A DNA stretch of 64,000 nucleotides from Bacteroidota bacterium (GTDB taxonomy: Bacteria; Bacteroidota; Bacteroidia; Cytophagales; Cyclobacteriaceae). The position numbers and the translations under genes were made by a program. The stretch lies in assembly GCA_947470895.1 (NCBI GenBank), contig CANIVF010000018.1, forward strand, positions 2,409 through 66,408, in the 5' to 3' direction. The notes beneath the pieces are model-generated. The model was not told the DNA's origin. It searched no databases and worked only from the letters and a program-made list of their open reading frames with translations. Shown piece by piece: positions 60,121-64,000 of the stretch (the stretch's first letter is position 1; each line of letters starts with the position of its first letter).

Positions 60121-60175
60121 GAAAAAAAAGAATTCCTGATAAAACACCATCAGTCATTCGATCTTGTTTTATCAG
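60121..60175 (-). terminator. Terminator closing the CHAT-barrel operon
   Basis: An 11-bp stem CTGATAAAACA/TGTTTTATCAG lies directly after the stop codon. It is followed on the minus strand by AATTCTTTTTTTTC. Confidence 0.7.
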
Positions 60176-60865
60176 TTACAAAATACTTCTTCGCCTTTTA
60201 ATCATGTTGGCTTCCAAATTAATCCCAATATAAAATGACATCACTCCCTTCAGGTTATCGGCTATATACGATGTGAACTGATATTGGTAAGCGGCATCAC
60301 GTAAAATAAAATCCGGTTGCATCGCAGCGCCTACAATGAGTTGATTATTGCTATCAGGAAAAAAAAACATCAACGCCACATCATGATTGTAGGATATCTT
60401 TCTGATTGATTTTTCACCTAACTCAAGGTATTTTTTTACAGCGTCATTTCCGCTGATAAACTGATTGATATGATAGCTGTAACGGACCCTCATATATGGA
60501 ATTAGTTTAAACTCAATTCCGATTGGAATGCTTATAAAAGCGAATTTATATTTATCAGTACCGTTGATGTAGCGGTTGGCTGAAAGCACCTTATCAGGAT
60601 TAGTATCGGCAAAAAATTGATTAAAGTCAGAAGCAGACACATAATTGACAACATTCATAGTAGGTCTTTTATACATCACGCCCGTTATCAGATTGAATTG
60701 TCGACCAATGGGTTTTTTAAACCAGGTATTGATACTGGTATTTTGATAAATACGTTTTCCTGTTGACATATCCTCAAATGACTGATCATAACCCAATGCG
60801 AATGTAACCTGACCATGGGCGGAACAGGTGATGACTAACAACGCTATTACTAGTAAACTTTTCAT
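60176..60865 (-). CDS. Signal-peptide protein, probable small outer-membrane beta-barrel
   Basis: 229 aa with signal peptide MKSLLVIALLVITCSAHGQ and alternating hydrophobic/aromatic beta-strand pattern. Lies 10 nt downstream of the CHAT gene. Confidence 0.55.
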   Translation of the reverse strand: MKSLLVIALLVITCSAHGQVTFALGYDQSFEDMSTGKRIYQNTSINTWFKKPIGRQFNLITGVMYKRPTMNVVNYVSASDFNQFFADTNPDKVLSANRYINGTDKYKFAFISIPIGIEFKLIPYMRVRYSYHINQFISGNDAVKKYLELGEKSIRKISYNHDVALMFFFPDSNNQLIVGAAMQPDFILRDAAYQYQFTSYIADNLKGVMSFYIGINLEANMIKRRRSIL

Positions 60866-60875
60866 TGAATAAAAA

Positions 60876-63389
60876 TTAAATTCCTTTTATGACAAAAGCA
60901 CCCCAATGGAGAGGGTTATCGCTTGTTTTCCGAACTTTGTTTTGAGCTTTCTTAAAAGCTTGCAACACATCGTCACCATTAAATAAATGAGTATAAAACT
61001 CGCTCATCAGCAATGCGGTGATCTGATCGTCTACCTTAAATAAGCTCATCACCAGATACCGTACACCAGCCACCTGAAACGCACGCTGCAAGCCCCACAC
61101 TCCTTCACTATCTTCATACGTTCCTTGTCCTGTTTCGCACGCAGAAAGAACCACTAAAAAAGTATTATTTAAAGTAAGATTAGATGCTTCGTAGGCCGTG
61201 AGATAACCATCCTCCTCTTCTTGCTGTTCCTTATTCGCAGCGGTGGCAAATACCAGTCCGGAAGTATACATTGGATCATTAATTTCTGAATCATTGAAAA
61301 ATCCGTGTGTTGCAAAATGAATAATGGATGATGAATTAATATTTTTTACTGCGCCTTCCGTTGCTTCACGATTCAACAAAACCTTGTGGGTGATAGAAGG
61401 GGGTACCAGGTGGCTGATGCCGATCACTTCTTTCTCTGCACCTGGTAATTGTGGGGGTGGGTTGCTCGTGCCTTTCAGCGTTGTAAAATCAGGAGAGCCA
61501 ATCAAGCTGATATTTTTGATTGACATGTTGCTATGATGGACGAGAAGATCCTTAGCACTCATAATCTGGAAAAAATTATAACGCTGGATCAGGTGATCAT
61601 GACCATCGAAAAGAATTTCCGGATTGATCACCGCATACACTCCATCAGCAGAAAATAATAACTGCTTACTGGTGATGTGGGGAGTTATAGGATCAAAGAA
61701 TGCATGGTAAGTGCCCTCTTCTTTGATATCGGTTCGGGCAAAATTTATATAGCCTTTATACATTTTACCTTCCAGATCAGAAGCGGGAAGAACACTTTTA
61801 GTGAGCACGAACTTATTGTTGCCCTGAAAGATATAATACACATAACTACTCTCTTTTTTTTGAAGACTCGCATAACCCTGATGCTTACCTGGCATAGGAG
61901 GGTTACGTTGATAATTATTACAAACAAACACATCGACCAGATTAACCGAATCAGGAATTGAAGTTAATATCTCCTTCATGGTAACATAGGTTTCTGCCGG
62001 CACATTGAGTTGAGATCGTAACGACCTTTCCTGTTCACCCACCGCTTTGGTAAGATCCATGACACGGGATACGTTGCCACCTTGAGTGTAGCGGGCAATA
62101 TCTTCCTTTAAAAAACGTATGGCATTATATTGTTGAATGGTCAACGAATCGCCTTTGGCATAAACGGCAGCAACCAATTTATTTGAAGCATTAAGTAAAA
62201 CCCCTTTCTGGTTTACATTCACTTCATACAATTTTCTGGCTATTTGTTGATTGGATTCACCGGTTGAAAAATATTCGAAGAAATAATAGCTCTTTACAAG
62301 CTCCATTAAGTACCGGTTGTTGCGGTAAAAAAAAGACCTTTCACCTTCGGATAGGTAAGAGAAGTTTTTTTGCGTGTAATTAAAATAGATGGTTGCCAAC
62401 TCCTTAAAGCTTCGGTTAGCCTTCGCGGTATCACCCATCACCCAAAAGATCTGCCCTTGGGTAGCCAGCAAAGCCATCTTCTCAGGCGTATCCATTTTAA
62501 TTCTTTTGTTGTACTGCCGGAGGGATTTATTGTTCCAGTGCAAAGCTTTTTCGATGTCATTTCGTACACGATAGGTTTCTGCCACCTGATTAGTGCCCGT
62601 AACCCGGCCTAAGAGATTTTTTCCATTGATAAATTTTGTAAAGCGGTGGCGCGCATAGCGTTCTCCAATGAGTGCAGCTTTAAGTGCACTTTCGGTGTCG
62701 TTTAGCTGTATATACGTTTTCGATAATCCTGTGTACGCCTCACCCAACTCTTTAATAGAAAAATCAATACTACTCGGATTATTGAACATACCAAGAATAT
62801 ACTTTTTAGCATAGGCCGCACTACTATCGTAATTGCCTTTCTGCGAGAAGTACTCTGATATACCCAAATAAACAACGGTGTTAATTCCTCCGTCACCCAT
62901 TTTTTTCTTCAGGTAGGTGTTCGTTTCATCAAGATTTGTCTTCGCTTCTTCCAGGTTTCCGTTGATCATGTTGATCCTTGCCCTTTCCACCTGCCGGTTT
63001 GCATGTTTGATAATTTCTCTGCGATATACTCCTGCCGGACTCCCTTGTCCTTGGATAGGGCGCACTAAAGCTAAACCCTCGAACACCTGGAAAGCATTAT
63101 CAGCCTGTTGAAAGTGCGTAAGGGAAGTGGAGAAATTTCCTCTCGCTTTTTCTACCATGGCGAGTGTTGTGTAGGGGGAAATCCACTTTGCCGCTTTTAT
63201 CATTTTTCCTCTTTTTCTGGAGACTGTGACGTGGCTTGTCTCGCTCAACGTGGCTAATTCTATTCGTGCTAATTGCTCCGCTTCGCGGTACCTTCCCTTT
63301 CGAAACATTTTTTGAGAATCTTGAGCTGTGGTAGTTAACGAACTCGTGATAATGGCCACTGATATGGCAATAATAACTCTGTATTTCAT
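60876..63389 (-). CDS. Exported TPR-like repeat + CHAT (caspase-fold) domain protein
   Basis: The start was set to the ATG giving MKYRVIIAISVAIITSSLTTTAQ. The C-terminal CHAT domain has His (IIHFATHGF) and Cys (VVLSACETGQG) plus a terminal HWGAFVIKG motif. The N-terminal part is helical repeats. Confidence 0.82.
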   Translation of the reverse strand: MKYRVIIAISVAIITSSLTTTAQDSQKMFRKGRYREAEQLARIELATLSETSHVTVSRKRGKMIKAAKWISPYTTLAMVEKARGNFSTSLTHFQQADNAFQVFEGLALVRPIQGQGSPAGVYRREIIKHANRQVERARINMINGNLEEAKTNLDETNTYLKKKMGDGGINTVVYLGISEYFSQKGNYDSSAAYAKKYILGMFNNPSSIDFSIKELGEAYTGLSKTYIQLNDTESALKAALIGERYARHRFTKFINGKNLLGRVTGTNQVAETYRVRNDIEKALHWNNKSLRQYNKRIKMDTPEKMALLATQGQIFWVMGDTAKANRSFKELATIYFNYTQKNFSYLSEGERSFFYRNNRYLMELVKSYYFFEYFSTGESNQQIARKLYEVNVNQKGVLLNASNKLVAAVYAKGDSLTIQQYNAIRFLKEDIARYTQGGNVSRVMDLTKAVGEQERSLRSQLNVPAETYVTMKEILTSIPDSVNLVDVFVCNNYQRNPPMPGKHQGYASLQKKESSYVYYIFQGNNKFVLTKSVLPASDLEGKMYKGYINFARTDIKEEGTYHAFFDPITPHITSKQLLFSADGVYAVINPEILFDGHDHLIQRYNFFQIMSAKDLLVHHSNMSIKNISLIGSPDFTTLKGTSNPPPQLPGAEKEVIGISHLVPPSITHKVLLNREATEGAVKNINSSSIIHFATHGFFNDSEINDPMYTSGLVFATAANKEQQEEEDGYLTAYEASNLTLNNTFLVVLSACETGQGTYEDSEGVWGLQRAFQVAGVRYLVMSLFKVDDQITALLMSEFYTHLFNGDDVLQAFKKAQNKVRKTSDNPLHWGAFVIKGI

Positions 63390-63534
63390 GAAAAAATAAA
63401 ACAAGCCTAAAAGTAGTCATTGGTACTCACTGATTTGTAGTAAACTATTGACAGCTTAATGATCTAAGCGCATTTTGATTCATCTTATTGCAGCACATTC
63501 CACTTAATCGACATAGTTATTGGCCTTCAGAGCA

Positions 63535-63777
63535 TTATGTGCCAGAACGCCAAACACTGTACTGCTCTTTCATGCAATGACCACATGGGCGATAGCCAGC
63601 GGCCAGCGCATCAGCTTCATCCGCAAAGAAAACACGATGACCACGCTTCATGCGTTTGCCAGATGCACAATGAAGCGATCCATAAATTTTTAATCGTTGA
63701 TTACCAGCAAATTTCAACACTACTGATCGAAGAAAATCCTTTAATTGCGTTTGACTTATGGATGAATGCTTGATCAT
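63535..63777 (-). CDS. Stand-alone Ada metal-binding (N-Ada Zn) domain protein
   Basis: 80 aa. The segment LHCASGKRMKRGHRVFFADEADALAAGYRPCGHC resembles the Ada_Zn_binding core (..C....N..F....A...GFRPCKRC). Confidence 0.65.
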   Translation of the reverse strand: MIKHSSISQTQLKDFLRSVVLKFAGNQRLKIYGSLHCASGKRMKRGHRVFFADEADALAAGYRPCGHCMKEQYSVWRSGT

Positions 63778-63837
63778 TTATAAATTAATTGCTACAAATG
63801 CACAAATTAAAGGTCATTAATTCGTGGCCAATAACGC

Positions 63838-64000
63838 TCATGCTGCATCATGAAAAATAATTCCCAATGCATAGCGCTCACCGGATTTCACTTCGCTGAT
63901 TCCATGTTTCATGTTTGCCCGGTAATATCCACGTGTTCCTTTAATAGGTCTTGAATGAGTAGTGAACACAACTGCATCACCTTGATTCGGTTGAATCACT
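63838..64000 (-). CDS. 2OG-Fe(II) oxygenase family protein, C-terminal fragment (gene continues beyond window)
   Basis: Hand translation of the minus strand gives ..VIQPNQGDAVVFTTHSRPIKGTRGYYRANMKHGISEVKSGERYALGIIFHDAA*. The distal His and the R-Y-A-L segment are typical of the 2OG-FeII_Oxy_3/P4H-like fold. Confidence 0.5.
   Translation of the reverse strand, partial: VIQPNQGDAVVFTTHSRPIKGTRGYYRANMKHGISEVKSGERYALGIIFHDAA

Overview
All calls come from reading the ORF translations and the DNA by eye. No database search was run.

**Overall picture.** This looks like a chromosomal segment of a Bacteroidota genome (Cytophagia/Flavobacteriia-like). The clues are TTTG-N19-TAnnTTTG promoter motifs, the rplQ-carA-eno gene order, bshA, a mutL-rhomboid-rhomboid arrangement, weak Shine-Dalgarno use, and Cys-poor L36/S14 forms.

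**Core of the window (13.7-28.2 kb, minus strand).** This is the ribosomal superoperon rplC to rplQ (S10-spc-alpha). It includes secY, map, infA, rpmJ and rpoA, and is followed by carA, eno and ftsB. Two short genes missing from the ORF track were found by hand:
- rpmJ at 16697-16813
- rpmD at 19574-19753

rpsJ is not upstream of rplC. The operon instead appears to start from its own promoter at about 28.24 kb.

**Flanking regions** are mostly housekeeping:
- gcvT, a comB-like gene, a MazG-like gene, an acyl-CoA carboxyltransferase, Ppx/GppA and an Ldh_2 oxidoreductase
- a two-gene FecCD/FepC-type ABC importer
- a DUF1611 + dipeptide-epimerase pair
- rlmN, a VIT1 transporter, mutL, a GH3/beta-lactamase-fold fusion, bshA and an FA2H-like hydroxylase
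- PIN-PhoH, clpB, a GT3 glycogen synthase, a cyclophilin, an AraC-MGMT fusion and an MBL hydrolase

**Most unusual content:**
1. An AT-rich accessory-looking stretch at 58.4-63.4 kb. It holds an orphan DUF2971 gene, an NTF2-like gene with two in-frame stops, about 300 bp of unassigned structured DNA, and a closed two-gene unit encoding an exported TPR-CHAT (caspase-fold) protease plus a small signal-peptide barrel protein.
2. A tightly coupled VWA / BchI-like AAA+ / AlbA_2 gene trio at 43.4-46.7 kb, directly upstream of PIN-PhoH.
3. A promoter/terminator module that splits the spc operon between rpsN and rpsH.

I could not recognise any rRNA, tRNA, CRISPR array, transposase or integrase in this window.
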